Shown: positions 40,988 through 50,154, numbered from the whole stretch's first letter. The stretch: DNA of 63,591 nucleotides, filler included, from an uncultured Planctomycetaceae bacterium (GCA_963976765.1; 3 parts of 3 records of this genome joined end to end with filler, not necessarily neighbours in it); one strand, 5' to 3'. Made by a program: numbers and translations. Notes: a model not told the origin generated them from the letters alone.

Positions 40988-41186
40988 CGATCTGCTCTGT
41001 TCGCCGCAGAGAATTGCGGCGATTCATCCGCCCCTGAGGTCGCAAGAAGTGACGCTCGGGCGTTCCTGGCCGCTGCGATGCCAAACGCAGCAAGTGAATG
41101 GATTCAGTTCCGATGGAACACTCACGATGCACAACCAAGGGGACGCTGCGTCTTTTGCCTGAGAACAGTTCCATGAGGTGGTCACG

Positions 41187-42623
41187 ATGAACCACTCCGA
41201 AGAATCTGTGATCGGCTCGATTCTCCTCGACAACAGTTGCATGGCCGATCTTCGGAAGTCGGGCCTCAAGTCTGAATACTTTTCGCCCGGTGGCGATGAC
41301 GTGTTTCGCGTCATTGAGGCGATGGCCGAGAGAGGTGATCCGATTGACGCCGTGACGCTCCCTCGCGAATTGATCAAGGCCGGCGTTTGCGAAGATCAAG
41401 GTCACGCAGATTTCGTATTGCTGCCCTGCCTAGACCGAGTCCCAAACGCGGCACACGCCGACTATTACGCGAAACACGTCATCGAATACTGGCAAGAACG
41501 AAAACTTAAGTCGTTGCGTGATTCGATTGCGGCAGCCGACCAGCCTGTCGATGAGCAGATCACAGCACTTCGCGGGCAACTTGACAGGATTGATTGTGCG
41601 ACGGGCAAAGTTGATTCCGGCATCGTCAGTGCTGCTGACCTGCAAACGCAGTATTCCGATCTAAAACCCGTTCTCGTTGACGGACTGATTCGGCGTGGTG
41701 AGACGGCCAACGTCATTTCGGCAACTAAGGTCGGCAAGAGCTGGTTGAGTTACGACCTCTGCCTAAGCGTCGCGACCGGCAACGCGTGGTGCGGACGTTT
41801 TACGACGAAGCAGGGCCGCGTCCTGTTGATCGACAACGAGCTTCACAAGGAAACACTGGCTTACAGAATCAGCAAGGTTACCCGAGCGATGGGGCTTGCT
41901 CCTCGTGACTACGCAGATCAGTTCGACACGTTGGCGTTGCGTGGCCGCCTGAAAGATATCTTTTCGATCCGAAGGACGATCGAGTCGATTCCCCAGGGCT
42001 ACTACTCCTTGATTGTTGTCGATGCGTGGTACCGGATGATTCCAGACGGGGTCTCGGAGAATGGCAATTCCGAGATGACGCAACTTTCAAACTGCGTTGA
42101 CCAGTACGCCGCTATGACCGACGCGGCATGGGTTCCAATCCATCACTCGACGAAGGGTGATCAATCTGACAAACGTGTTACAGACGTCGGCTCCGGTGCG
42201 GGCAGCATGGCAAGGGCCGCCGATTCTCACATCGTGCTTCGGGAACATGAGGCCGCGGGACACTTCGTATTGGACGCCGCCGTTCGTTCGTTCCCGCCCG
42301 TTGACCCCGTGACATTGCGGTGGGAGTTTCCACGGTGGCACGTCGCAGACCACGTCGCCCCGAAGCTCGCCACAAGACAGACATCGCGTCAGTCGGCGAA
42401 AGACAAAGAAGGCATCGGCGAGATTCGTGACGCACTCAGTATCACCGATGAGGACCAAGAAATGTGGTTGAGTGTTTCGGCAATCCGAAAGGCTACCAGC
42501 ATGGGGCTGCCGCGTGTTGAAAAGCTACTTGGCGTCATGGAAACGAACAGCGAGGTTATTTCCCAGTCGGGAACATATCAGAACAAACCCACAACGGAGT
42601 ATCGGCTTGCCAAACAGCCCTGA
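41187..42623 (+). CDS. Replication protein: DnaB N-terminal domain + RepA/AAA_25 helicase + C-terminal wHTH
   Basis: SEESVIGSILLDN...PIDAVTL...VPNAAHADYYA (DnaB-N); Walker A SATKVGKS; Walker B LIVVD; IHHSTKG, GAGSMARAAD. Confidence 0.85.
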   Translation: MNHSEESVIGSILLDNSCMADLRKSGLKSEYFSPGGDDVFRVIEAMAERGDPIDAVTLPRELIKAGVCEDQGHADFVLLPCLDRVPNAAHADYYAKHVIEYWQERKLKSLRDSIAAADQPVDEQITALRGQLDRIDCATGKVDSGIVSAADLQTQYSDLKPVLVDGLIRRGETANVISATKVGKSWLSYDLCLSVATGNAWCGRFTTKQGRVLLIDNELHKETLAYRISKVTRAMGLAPRDYADQFDTLALRGRLKDIFSIRRTIESIPQGYYSLIVVDAWYRMIPDGVSENGNSEMTQLSNCVDQYAAMTDAAWVPIHHSTKGDQSDKRVTDVGSGAGSMARAADSHIVLREHEAAGHFVLDAAVRSFPPVDPVTLRWEFPRWHVADHVAPKLATRQTSRQSAKDKEGIGEIRDALSITDEDQEMWLSVSAIRKATSMGLPRVEKLLGVMETNSEVISQSGTYQNKPTTEYRLAKQP

Positions 42624-42700
42624 ACTTGCCAGCCGCTTCAGGAGTGACAGGGACAGAGAGCGACGTACCACTGATTTGATTCAGTCAACGGAACAACACA

Positions 42701-42991
42701 ATGAAACATTCAAAGCTCGCTCGATTGCTCGCCAGTTCCAACGGACTGACCGAACGGGCCACTGAAGAACTCAAGGCGGCGTTGCGATCGTTCGTCGAAT
42801 TGAAACAGCAAGCCGAAGCCGTCGGTCAACAGATGGATGAACTGTTCGATCGAGTGGCACAAGCCGAAGCCGATGTCGAACGACTGATCCTGATCCACCC
42901 TGACGTGGCTCGTGCTTGCCGTGCAGACGTTGACGCGGCGATGTGCGAACTGGAAGCCACGGATCGGATGGGAGCTTCACAGGGCAACTGA
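42701..42991 (+). CDS. Small coiled-coil hypothetical protein
   Basis: 96-aa ORF co-oriented within the element. Confidence 0.55.
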   Translation: MKHSKLARLLASSNGLTERATEELKAALRSFVELKQQAEAVGQQMDELFDRVAQAEADVERLILIHPDVARACRADVDAAMCELEATDRMGASQGN

Positions 42992-43020
42992 GAGCTTCAG
43001 GCGACGCCTTGAGCACATTC

Positions 43021-43062
43021 ACGGGTCCTTCCGGCCAACCTTTGTTCCTTGGGCCAGTCGGA
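43021..43062 (+). other. Putative cos packaging site (lambda cosQ-like)
   Basis: ACGGGTCCTTCCGG versus lambda ACGGGTCCTTTCCGG (cosQ = GGGTCCT), in a 300-nt intergenic gap upstream of the capsid module. Confidence 0.5.
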
Positions 43063-43301
43063 AGTGTGGGATAACGAGGGACACTTTCTTTAACTGTCCG
43101 AAGCGGCGTCTGGCGTGAGCCCGCCGGTCCCGGCAAACGTCCAGGCACGCCCCGTAGTTTCGACGTGACTCTGGACGGGTAACCGGTCGATCCAGAGTGA
43201 AATTCGGCTGGTTGGTCACATATGACCTCGGGCTTTGGAAAGTCGCTGTTCTCGCGTTGTCCTGTGATGGTTTTCAACAGTTGCGATGTTCTAAGGTTGG
43301 A

Positions 43302-43499
43302 ATGCGAAAAATGCTTCACTGTCCGGTTTGCAACTCAGCGGATCACAAGGTCTACAAGACGCTTCGTGATCGTTATCGAGACCGGAAAGACCGACAGCTC
43401 TTGTGTTTACTTTGCGGATCAAAATTCTGGACGGCTGAGACGGTGTGTAAGGGCCAGCCAATCCGGCGGCCAGAATCTATGGAGGGGGAAAGCAAATGA
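43302..43499 (+). CDS. Zinc-ribbon protein (Ogr/Delta- or NrdR-N-like)
   Basis: CPVCNS...V..T...R...CLLCGSKFWTAE. Confidence 0.7.
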   Translation: MRKMLHCPVCNSADHKVYKTLRDRYRDRKDRQLLCLLCGSKFWTAETVCKGQPIRRPESMEGESK

Positions 43500-43951
43500 G
43501 TTTTTCAGTCATGACACGGGACGTTGAGGTGTCGCAAAGCTTCCTTGAGTCAGCAATGGGAACACGGTACCTGCAATCCATTCGGAAGCTGGCTGAGAAT
43601 CCAAACGACTGCGATGCTCTGCTTGCGGCAGTGGCCATCACGTCTCGACAGGATGCCACGGAAGACGCGATCTCAATTCGAAGCACACTCGCTCAGTGTC
43701 GTCGGGTCGCAGTGGTGAATCCGGCAAAACTCCAAAGCCAGCTCGACGCAAACGAAGCAGAGCAGGCTGAGTTGCAGCGAGCCTTCGACGAAGTAAAGCG
43801 AAAGCTCAACGTCAATGAGTCAGCACGACGCGAACTGACTGAACTGCAAACCAGGCTCAACGCTGACCGAAGAGAGCTGTCGTTGCTGCTGATGAAACCA
43901 CTGTATCAACTGGCCATCGGTGACGAAATTGACGCGGCACTTCGCGGCTGA
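43496..43951 (+). CDS. Coiled-coil hypothetical protein (possible scaffold)
   Basis: ATGA overlap with the upstream gene, GGAGGGGG RBS, long heptad region; lies directly before the capsid gene. Confidence 0.6.
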   Translation: MSFSVMTRDVEVSQSFLESAMGTRYLQSIRKLAENPNDCDALLAAVAITSRQDATEDAISIRSTLAQCRRVAVVNPAKLQSQLDANEAEQAELQRAFDEVKRKLNVNESARRELTELQTRLNADRRELSLLLMKPLYQLAIGDEIDAALRG

Positions 43952-43999
43952 TCGTTTCAGGGCTGGTTCAACAATAACAACAATTCACGGAGGGAAACT

Positions 44000-45124
44000 A
44001 TGACACAGTTTGCGACTCGACCGAATGTTGACGGGGCCATGCTCAAGCGTTGTGCGGAACTTCACGGCCAGATGCACAGCACGGCAATCAGCATCTACGC
44101 AGCAAGATGGTGCAAAGAAAACGGAGTCGATCTGCCGGAGTCAGTTCAGGCGTACGGAGAGTTCCCGCCGATCAATTTCGGAGAATTGGTTGAGAAGACG
44201 GCAGCACTCGACAACGAGCCGGTTCACGGACACCGGGCTCTGATGGCATCAGCCGTGTCTGGTGTCAGTTTGCCTGCAACCGTAATTAACTCGACCGTCG
44301 GCATGGCGGTTCAGTCTGGCTTTGATTCTGTCGGTACAGTTCGCCAGTGGACGACTCTGGGCCGACCACATAACTACCGCAAGGAGTTCCGCCCGATCGT
44401 CGAAGAAGTCTCACCACCGAAAACGCATTCACGCGGCGATGCGGCTGAGCACGCTGAGATTCGCATCCTGCATTCTGAGGGGGTTCAGCTCGGTCGCTTC
44501 AGTCAGCAGCTTGAAGTTGACGAAATAGACGAACTCGACATTGCACCGATCATCCCAGCGATGGCGGCCGCTCTGGGGCGGTCTGCGGGAAGTTTCGTTG
44601 AAGACCTTGGCTACAGCGTGCTGTTGAACGGCACAATGGACGAAGGAGAGCCGATCTGCCATTCCGATTTCGGAAACTTTGCCAGCGGGAAACCGTTGAC
44701 GCTTGAAAATCTCGGGGCAGCGTTCGGGGCGATGCGAGCTCAGAAGTCGGACAACAAAACGGCTCTTTATGCCAACGTCAGGCCGGATGTTCTGGTTGTC
44801 GGCAGTGCTGACTTCTTGAACGCCTCAGCAATCCTGAAGCTGCTCAATGAACCATCAATCAGGCTTATTGAGTCCGAACGTATCGACGGTGGAGTGAGAG
44901 ACGAGAACAGTAACCAGACGCTGGCAGGAAGTCCGGGAAGCTGGTTCCTGATTGACTCACGGCGAGCTGTTGAACGTGCATTTCTCGATGGCGATGAGAA
45001 GCCGACAGTCGGTCGCTACGTCAACAACGGCGTGAACGGGCGATGGTCAACGACTTGGACTGTCACTTTGAGCTTGGCCATCAAGGCTCTCGATCGACGC
45101 TGTGTATTCCGCCGCGACGTTTAA
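44000..45124 (+). CDS. Major capsid protein (HK97 fold; Mu gpT-like/capsid part of ClpP-capsid fusions)
   Basis: GGAGGG RBS; ALGRSAG..VEDLGYSVL, GEPICHSDFGN, LTLENLGAAFGAMRAQK, NVRPDVLVV, SWFL, VERAFLDG..KP, ALDRR match that capsid pattern. Confidence 0.8.
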   Translation: MTQFATRPNVDGAMLKRCAELHGQMHSTAISIYAARWCKENGVDLPESVQAYGEFPPINFGELVEKTAALDNEPVHGHRALMASAVSGVSLPATVINSTVGMAVQSGFDSVGTVRQWTTLGRPHNYRKEFRPIVEEVSPPKTHSRGDAAEHAEIRILHSEGVQLGRFSQQLEVDEIDELDIAPIIPAMAAALGRSAGSFVEDLGYSVLLNGTMDEGEPICHSDFGNFASGKPLTLENLGAAFGAMRAQKSDNKTALYANVRPDVLVVGSADFLNASAILKLLNEPSIRLIESERIDGGVRDENSNQTLAGSPGSWFLIDSRRAVERAFLDGDEKPTVGRYVNNGVNGRWSTTWTVTLSLAIKALDRRCVFRRDV

Positions 45125-45137
45125 CACACCTTTCAGA

Positions 45138-45193
45138 GTCCGCCCCGGTCGTCGTTCTGCTTGCTGCATGCGATGGCCGGGGCGACTTTTTTT
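45138..45193 (+). terminator. Intrinsic terminator after the capsid gene
   Basis: CGCCCCGGTC...GGCCGGGGCG stem followed by T7. Confidence 0.7.
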
Positions 45194-45222
45194 GAACCTA
45201 TATTTTCGCGGGGACTACGAGA

Positions 45223-45792
45223 ATGAGTCTGATTGTTGCTCGATTGGCTTTGAATGCCGTAAGTGAATTACTTAAAGGCACCAGCACTTCGCATCGCAGA
45301 CCGGGGCTAAGAGTTAAGAGTGTCAAATTTGAACCTGCAAAAATCTTGGCAGCAACTGAACGAGCACAAAAGAGTGTCCACGTTCGATCCGGTGCCTACG
45401 TCCGAGGCGTCGCGAAACGGCTCATCAGGAAAGGTCGTACGTCACGCCCTGGGCAATCACCGAAAAGCCAGACTGGCCAACTGAAGAAGTACATCTTCTT
45501 TGCACCTGAGCCGAGCGGCGTAGTCATCGGCCCCGCGTCGATTGAAGGCAACCCAGCTCCAGGCATCGCTCCAATCGGCTTGACCACTGAGACTCTTGAA
45601 TTCGGCGGCAAGATGACTGTCACCGAAGTCTTCCATAAGGGGCGTTGGGTTCGTCGAGGGTTGGTAAAAAGCAAACGAAGTCTTCCGACACGCACGCGAA
45701 CAGTGAAGGTTGAGCGGCGTCCATACATGGGGCCGGCATTGCAACATTCACTGCCGAAGGTGAACGAGTTCTGGGCGGACTCGGTCAAGTAG
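45223..45792 (+). CDS. HK97 gp10-like neck/tail-completion protein
   Basis: GAYVRGVAK..I...SRPGQSP...TGQLKKYI...LEFGG...RPYMGPAL. Confidence 0.75.
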   Translation: MSLIVARLALNAVSELLKGTSTSHRRPGLRVKSVKFEPAKILAATERAQKSVHVRSGAYVRGVAKRLIRKGRTSRPGQSPKSQTGQLKKYIFFAPEPSGVVIGPASIEGNPAPGIAPIGLTTETLEFGGKMTVTEVFHKGRWVRRGLVKSKRSLPTRTRTVKVERRPYMGPALQHSLPKVNEFWADSVK

Positions 45793-45828
45793 AAATGGAC
45801 TTCATCGCCACAACATGGAACGGAAGAA

Positions 45829-46128
45829 ATGCGAGTAATTCGAGTCGATGGCGAAAACTTTGTTGAGTTGGATTCGGTAGGAGCATATGCCGAGTCACTT
45901 GAGGGGATGTATCGGCCGCTGGAGAGTGGAAGCCGCCAATGGGTTCCAGTGACTCTTGCGATGGATGCAGTGCGAGAGGCCGCCATCAATGCCGCTCGGT
46001 CGAATCAGACAAGTGATGCTCGACGTGCATACGAACTGTTGGAGCGACTCGAATTAGCGGCGGCGAAATGCTCTGGCAGCATCGCTGGATTCGCACACGA
46101 GAACCGCCGCCCCTGTCCTTCTATTTGA
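45829..46128 (+). CDS. Hypothetical protein
   Basis: 99-aa co-oriented ORF; no recognisable motif. Confidence 0.4.
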   Translation: MRVIRVDGENFVELDSVGAYAESLEGMYRPLESGSRQWVPVTLAMDAVREAAINAARSNQTSDARRAYELLERLELAAAKCSGSIAGFAHENRRPCPSI

Positions 46129-46241
46129 CAGCCGGTTCGCAGCGAGTACATTCCGCGTCGTCGACCTTACCACTCGACGTTGAAACGAAATTGGAAGCCA
46201 CGGCACGCCGTCCGGATTAACACCGGGCGGCGTTCTTTATT
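46125..46241 (+). promoter_or_regulatory. Sigma70 promoter followed by a structured leader and terminator (sRNA or attenuator candidate)
   Basis: TTGACA-N16-TACATT (46125-46152); hairpin ACGCCGTCCGG-ATTAACA-CCGGGCGGCGT followed by TCTTTATT (46205-46241). Confidence 0.5.
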
Positions 46242-46271
46242 CGTTCCAATGTTTCGCAGAGGGTGGTAAAG

Positions 46272-47600
46272 ATGAACGCGACTGAATCGAAGAGGGCACG
46301 CGGTTTGTCTCTTCGGGAGGCATTCGAAGAGTTCTACGACACGACCGAACTTACGCAGCGAACGGTCGCCAAATACCGGCATGTCTTGTCGGCTTGGGAA
46401 AGGCACACGGCTAACCCGCCTGTGTCAGCGATCGACGACGATGCCGTAGCGACGTTCCGAGCGAGCTGCCTGGCTGCCGAGTTGTCACCGGCTACGATCA
46501 ACGGTCAGTGGGGCGACATCAGAGCGATTCTGAATCGTCTCGGCCCAAAGGCGAAGGGCAACCCTCGCGGTCTTAGCATCATTGCTGGAACGCCTTGGAT
46601 GCGACGTGTGAAGCAGTTCCGGAAGCGACCGCGGCGAATTGCTCTGGACCATCTGACGAAGCTCTACGTGGCTTGCAAGCACGCTCAATACCCAACGCGG
46701 ACTGGATTGCCTCCCGCCAAATGGTGGCGGCTGTTGATCGTGTTGGCTTATGCAACTGGGCTTCGACGTGGTGATCTGCTTTCGATTCGGTGGGACGATA
46801 TCGATTGGCAAACCAAGTCGCTGGCGATCGATCCAGGCAAGACCGGTAAGGCCGATTGGTTTCCGTTGACTGATTGGGCGATCGCTCACCTTGAAAGAGC
46901 AAGACGGCCCGGCGAAACCGTTTTCGAGTCTCCGAGTTACAAACGCGGCGGGCGTCATTCCAGGATGTGGAAGTCAATCATCGACAAAGCCGGAGTCGAA
47001 CACTTCACGTTGCACGACGTTCGCCGTACGGCTGCTTCAGAAGTAGACCGCGTCGACCGTGGACTTGGCAAGGTGTTCCTGCAACATCGAGCACGCGACG
47101 TTTCCGAGCAGTTCTACTTGTGTGCTGATGACGAACTCCGAGAAGCTGTCGACAAGATGCGGGTGCCAGTTGGCTTCAAGGCCGCACCACGAATGGCCGA
47201 TCGTGCCGCACAAGCAAAAGCGACCGAAGCTGAGAGGCTTCACTTGCAGCCGTCAGACTTCGACGCCCCGCTTGGCACCGATCCGAAGCTTTGGCGATTT
47301 ATGGACGTCGGCTTTGAATACCGTGGCAAGCGTTACCGCATGGTAGGTCTGAAGCTTCAGTTGCTTCGGCAGTTTGTCCAGTCGAACGGAGCGGTGAAGA
47401 ACAGCCAGTTGCGGACCATCATCGCCAAACGCGGCTGGAGCGATCCTGACCATCAGACGGCGGTTGAAGTCAGCCGGCTGCGGAATCGACTGCGGCAGTT
47501 AATGGGCCTTGATCAATGGAACCCGCTGCCGTGTCTTGGGTACGGCGTTGAAGGACGCTGGCAGATTCACTTGCCCGCATGGTTGAACTGCAAGCGTTGA
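46272..47600 (+). CDS. Second tyrosine recombinase fused to a C-terminal OmpR-like winged helix
   Basis: TGLRRGDL (R), KTGK, LHDVRRT (HxxR), LQH, EQFY (Y); C-terminal AVEVSRLRNRLRQLMG...GYGVEGRWQI. Confidence 0.85.
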   Translation: MNATESKRARGLSLREAFEEFYDTTELTQRTVAKYRHVLSAWERHTANPPVSAIDDDAVATFRASCLAAELSPATINGQWGDIRAILNRLGPKAKGNPRGLSIIAGTPWMRRVKQFRKRPRRIALDHLTKLYVACKHAQYPTRTGLPPAKWWRLLIVLAYATGLRRGDLLSIRWDDIDWQTKSLAIDPGKTGKADWFPLTDWAIAHLERARRPGETVFESPSYKRGGRHSRMWKSIIDKAGVEHFTLHDVRRTAASEVDRVDRGLGKVFLQHRARDVSEQFYLCADDELREAVDKMRVPVGFKAAPRMADRAAQAKATEAERLHLQPSDFDAPLGTDPKLWRFMDVGFEYRGKRYRMVGLKLQLLRQFVQSNGAVKNSQLRTIIAKRGWSDPDHQTAVEVSRLRNRLRQLMGLDQWNPLPCLGYGVEGRWQIHLPAWLNCKR

Positions 47601-48074
47601 ACGCATCAGGCAAGACTCAGCCTTACCAGCCGTCGTCGAGCGTCGTGAGGGGTCGGTGACTCGTAAGCATGCACGGCCACCGCCCCTCACTGGATGCGAT
47701 TTCTGCGACCTTCGATGGGGCGTGCTTCAGTGGGCACCAATGGCCGTTTTACTTCCTGGCGACTCTCCGGTCTTGTCTTGGCAAATTACGAAACGGGGCT
47801 GGAACTCACTTTTCGTCTTGCCCCAAACCGGCATAACCCGCAAAATCAAGAAACCTTGCCTAAACGTATATTCTAGAACGCTTTAGGTGTCGATAGGCTA
47901 GGTCATCCACTTCAATTCGGGGAAACCGTCGCTTTCGGTGACTACAATGACCGAATCGCGGTCGATACAGTTTCTGTCGATTTTCGTGAACCGGATTCAC
48001 GCGTCGCCTTACTAATCAGGCAGAATCGTTTGGGTTCTTGAGTTACTTCAATCTCCTTTAATAGGAAGTTCGGA

Positions 48075-48524
48075 ATGTCCGCAACCGCAAGTCGGTCGTC
48101 GATCATTCTCCTTGACGCTGCCAAGCCAAGCCAAGTGGTCGTCGTTCCAGAAGATAACGATCGGTTTTGCCTGACTGTTCAGCAGGCTATCCAAGCATGC
48201 CAAGCTACTGACAACGGATACCGTTTTGGGCAGCAGTTTAAAGCCTTGATGAAGCGGCTGTCTGCGTGGCTGACTGAGCATAAAGAACATGTCAGCTCGG
48301 CAGCAGTCACAATTAGGCAGGCCGACATACTCTTCTATGTCATGCAGAAAGTGGTAGAACGCAACGGCGTTCTAGCCGACAAGTTGACATCGTTGGACTT
48401 GGAAATAGCAAACAGCGTAGACTTCGACCTGATAGAACTGAACGTGATGTCAGTTCCCTGCGTGTCAGAAGACTCTTCTTCTGCATTTCTATCCTCGGGT
48501 CAAGTTTTCGAATATGCCAAGTAA
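48075..48524 (+). CDS. Hypothetical partner of the HEPN protein (possible degenerate nucleotidyltransferase-fold antitoxin)
   Basis: Overlaps the next gene by 11 nt; mixed alpha/beta with acidic helix LADKLTSLDLEI. Confidence 0.5.
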   Translation: MSATASRSSIILLDAAKPSQVVVVPEDNDRFCLTVQQAIQACQATDNGYRFGQQFKALMKRLSAWLTEHKEHVSSAAVTIRQADILFYVMQKVVERNGVLADKLTSLDLEIANSVDFDLIELNVMSVPCVSEDSSSAFLSSGQVFEYAK

Positions 48525-48975
48525 GGCCGCGCACGTTCAAGCTGTCATTGAGAATACGCGTACTCTGAACTATCTTCGAGAGCAAATCGAAGACCACCCT
48601 CAATGGGTAGTTACTGTCGCTTTTTACAAAGCCCTTCACGTGGTCGAAGCTCTTTTTGCCGCTGACCCTCAGGCTACTCAGAAGCATTGTGACGACCATA
48701 GTTCTCGGAGTCGATTACTCAAAAAGACGAACCGGTATAAGAAGATCTGGGAGCACTACCGACCACTCTTCAACGATTCCTTGATCGCTCGCTACTTACG
48801 GGAAAACGACGATCCGGGCGGACAGCACAATGTGTTTTCTCGCTACCTTTCCCCAGAAGAAGTTGAGAAGACTCACATCAATCGCAACGTGGCAGAGATA
48901 TTGAAATCCGCGAGGAAAATCTTGAAAGACCCAAAGTTCCTTCAAGAACTGGACTCGCCGACTAAACCTAAATGA
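48514..48975 (+). CDS. HEPN-like protein
   Basis: WVVTVAFYKALHVVEALFA...HSSR...YRPLFNDSLIARY pattern of small HEPN domains. Confidence 0.65.
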   Translation: MPSKAAHVQAVIENTRTLNYLREQIEDHPQWVVTVAFYKALHVVEALFAADPQATQKHCDDHSSRSRLLKKTNRYKKIWEHYRPLFNDSLIARYLRENDDPGGQHNVFSRYLSPEEVEKTHINRNVAEILKSARKILKDPKFLQELDSPTKPK

Positions 48976-48984
48976 AACTCTCAC

Positions 48985-49011
48985 AAGGCGACCAGCTTGG
49001 TCGCCTTTTTT
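48985..49011 (+). terminator. Intrinsic terminator
   Basis: AAGGCGACCA-GCT-TGGTCGCCTT followed by TTTT. Confidence 0.8.
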
Positions 49012-49239
49012 CATGCGCACAGCTGGCCTGACAACGAGATTCTTGGACCACGCTGCCACCGGTCTAATGCTCGACCGATCGAACGCCGCTACGACATTCG
49101 TACGACAGCTTCACAAAACAGGTCGAAAAACTACGGGAAATCGTGTTATCCAATGGAACGTCTTGAAAACTCGCCGATCGCCATTAGAGTAACGAATTCG
49201 TGGGGTTTTCGACGCACTATCGAAGACCGGAGAGCACGC

Positions 49240-49284
49240 CTCTTAATCAGTAGGTTGTTGGTTCGATTCCAACAGGGAGGCACT
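49240..49284 (+). repeat. attR (3' fragment of tRNA-Lys)
   Basis: Identical to 38482-38525 except for one extra G (AACAGGGAGG). Confidence 0.92.
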
Positions 49285-49287
49285 TCG

Positions 49288-49320
49288 AAAGCCGTGACCC
49301 CACAAGGGGTTGCGGCTTTT
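49288..49320 (+). terminator. Terminator hairpin after attR
   Basis: AAAGCCGTGACCCC-ACAA-GGGGTTGCGGCTTTT. Confidence 0.7.
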
Positions 49321-49362
49321 CTCTTTCCTGTAAGCAAGCGTTTGAACTCCAGATTTTGCCTT

Positions 49363-49427
49363 ATTCTGTCACCTTTGGCCAGAGATTCTGTCACCTTTTG
49401 TGTCACCCTCTTAGAATAGAGTGACAG
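49363..49427. repeat. TGTCACC repeats (arm-site-like) downstream of attR
   Basis: ATTCTGTCACCTTT at 49363 and 49385, TGTCACC at 49401, inverted GTGACAG at 49421. Confidence 0.65.
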
Positions 49428-49455
49428 CCAGAGAATCCAGTGGTAGCCTCAGGAC

Positions 49456-49740
49456 ATGGCTTTCGTCCTGAAACCACAGGAGATCCCGCTCGACTCCCCC
49501 GAGTCAGACAACATGTTTGACCTCGTCAACGGCAAGAGAGTCGTCGCCACAAGAGCGGTTGCTGATCTCCTCGGAGAAAACATCTCGGAGGCCAGTCAGT
49601 GCGTTCAATTGCTCCACGAAATGGCTCAGCAGTACCGAGGTCTTGACTACCTGCAGGTCTTTGAGAACGATGAAGGAGAGAATCTCTGGGTGATCGAGGA
49701 TGATGAAAGTATCACCGTGCTTCTGCCATCTGACTATTAA
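49456..49740 (+). CDS. DUF960-like mobile-element protein
   Basis: LDYLQVF...LWVIEDD...TVLLPSDY. Confidence 0.55.
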   Translation: MAFVLKPQEIPLDSPESDNMFDLVNGKRVVATRAVADLLGENISEASQCVQLLHEMAQQYRGLDYLQVFENDEGENLWVIEDDESITVLLPSDY

Positions 49741-49758
49741 GTTCACGGAGGACTGAGA

Positions 49759-49810
49759 ATGACCGAACGCGACAAAGAGATCCTGACTCTGATCAGCCAA
49801 GGCCACTCAA
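49759..49810 (+). pseudogene. LuxR-type HTH gene interrupted by an IS end
   Basis: GGAGGA RBS, then MTERDKEILTLISQGHS, joined directly to the IS terminus at 49811. Confidence 0.6.
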
Positions 49811-49859
49811 GATATTGTCCCACGCCGTGTAGAAAGTTCCGGTGACGGCGGGTTGATAG
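49811..49859. mobile_element. Terminal fragment of an IS (same end as 26085-26133, inverted)
   Basis: 49-bp exact reverse-complement match; lies at the contig edge. Confidence 0.7.
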
Positions 49860-49959
49860 NNNNNNNNNNNNNNNNNNNNNNNNNNNNNNNNNNNNNNNNN
49901 NNNTTAATTAATTAANNNNNNNNNNNNNNNNNNNNNNNNNNNNNNNNNNNNNNNNNNNN
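49860..49959. other. Artificial contig-joining spacer
   Basis: N run + TTAATTAATTAA + N run. Confidence 0.98.
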
Positions 49960-50016
49960 CTGCGGGCGCGTTCGAGGTTCTCGAACTGGCCGCCCCATTC
50001 GACTCGGTAGCGCCGA

Positions 50017-50085
50017 GGCGGCAGCTACTACGGTGGCTACAACAGCCGCCGCAGTTTCGGAAACTCGTACGGCCGCTGTGACTGA
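50017..50085 (+). pseudogene. 3' remnant of a G/S/Y-rich protein gene
   Basis: GGSYYGGYNSRRSFGNSYGRCD* resembles the end of 55072..55473 (YGGYNGGRRSTNQYG); in-frame TAG upstream at 50008. Confidence 0.4.
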
Positions 50086-50154
50086 GATGTTGATCGCCAA
50101 TCGAGGAGAGGAACACAATTCTACTCCTCGTCAGCGAGGACGACCGTTGCCGAA

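Noticed and set aside
49240..49284. Second tRNA-Lys gene
   Set aside because: Only the anticodon loop to the 3' end is present, with an extra G; this is attR.
49960..50014. Possible ISL3-like end at the start of contig 3 (...CCCCATTCGACTCGGTAGCGCC)
   Set aside because: The resemblance is weak, and there is no second copy or transposase in the window.
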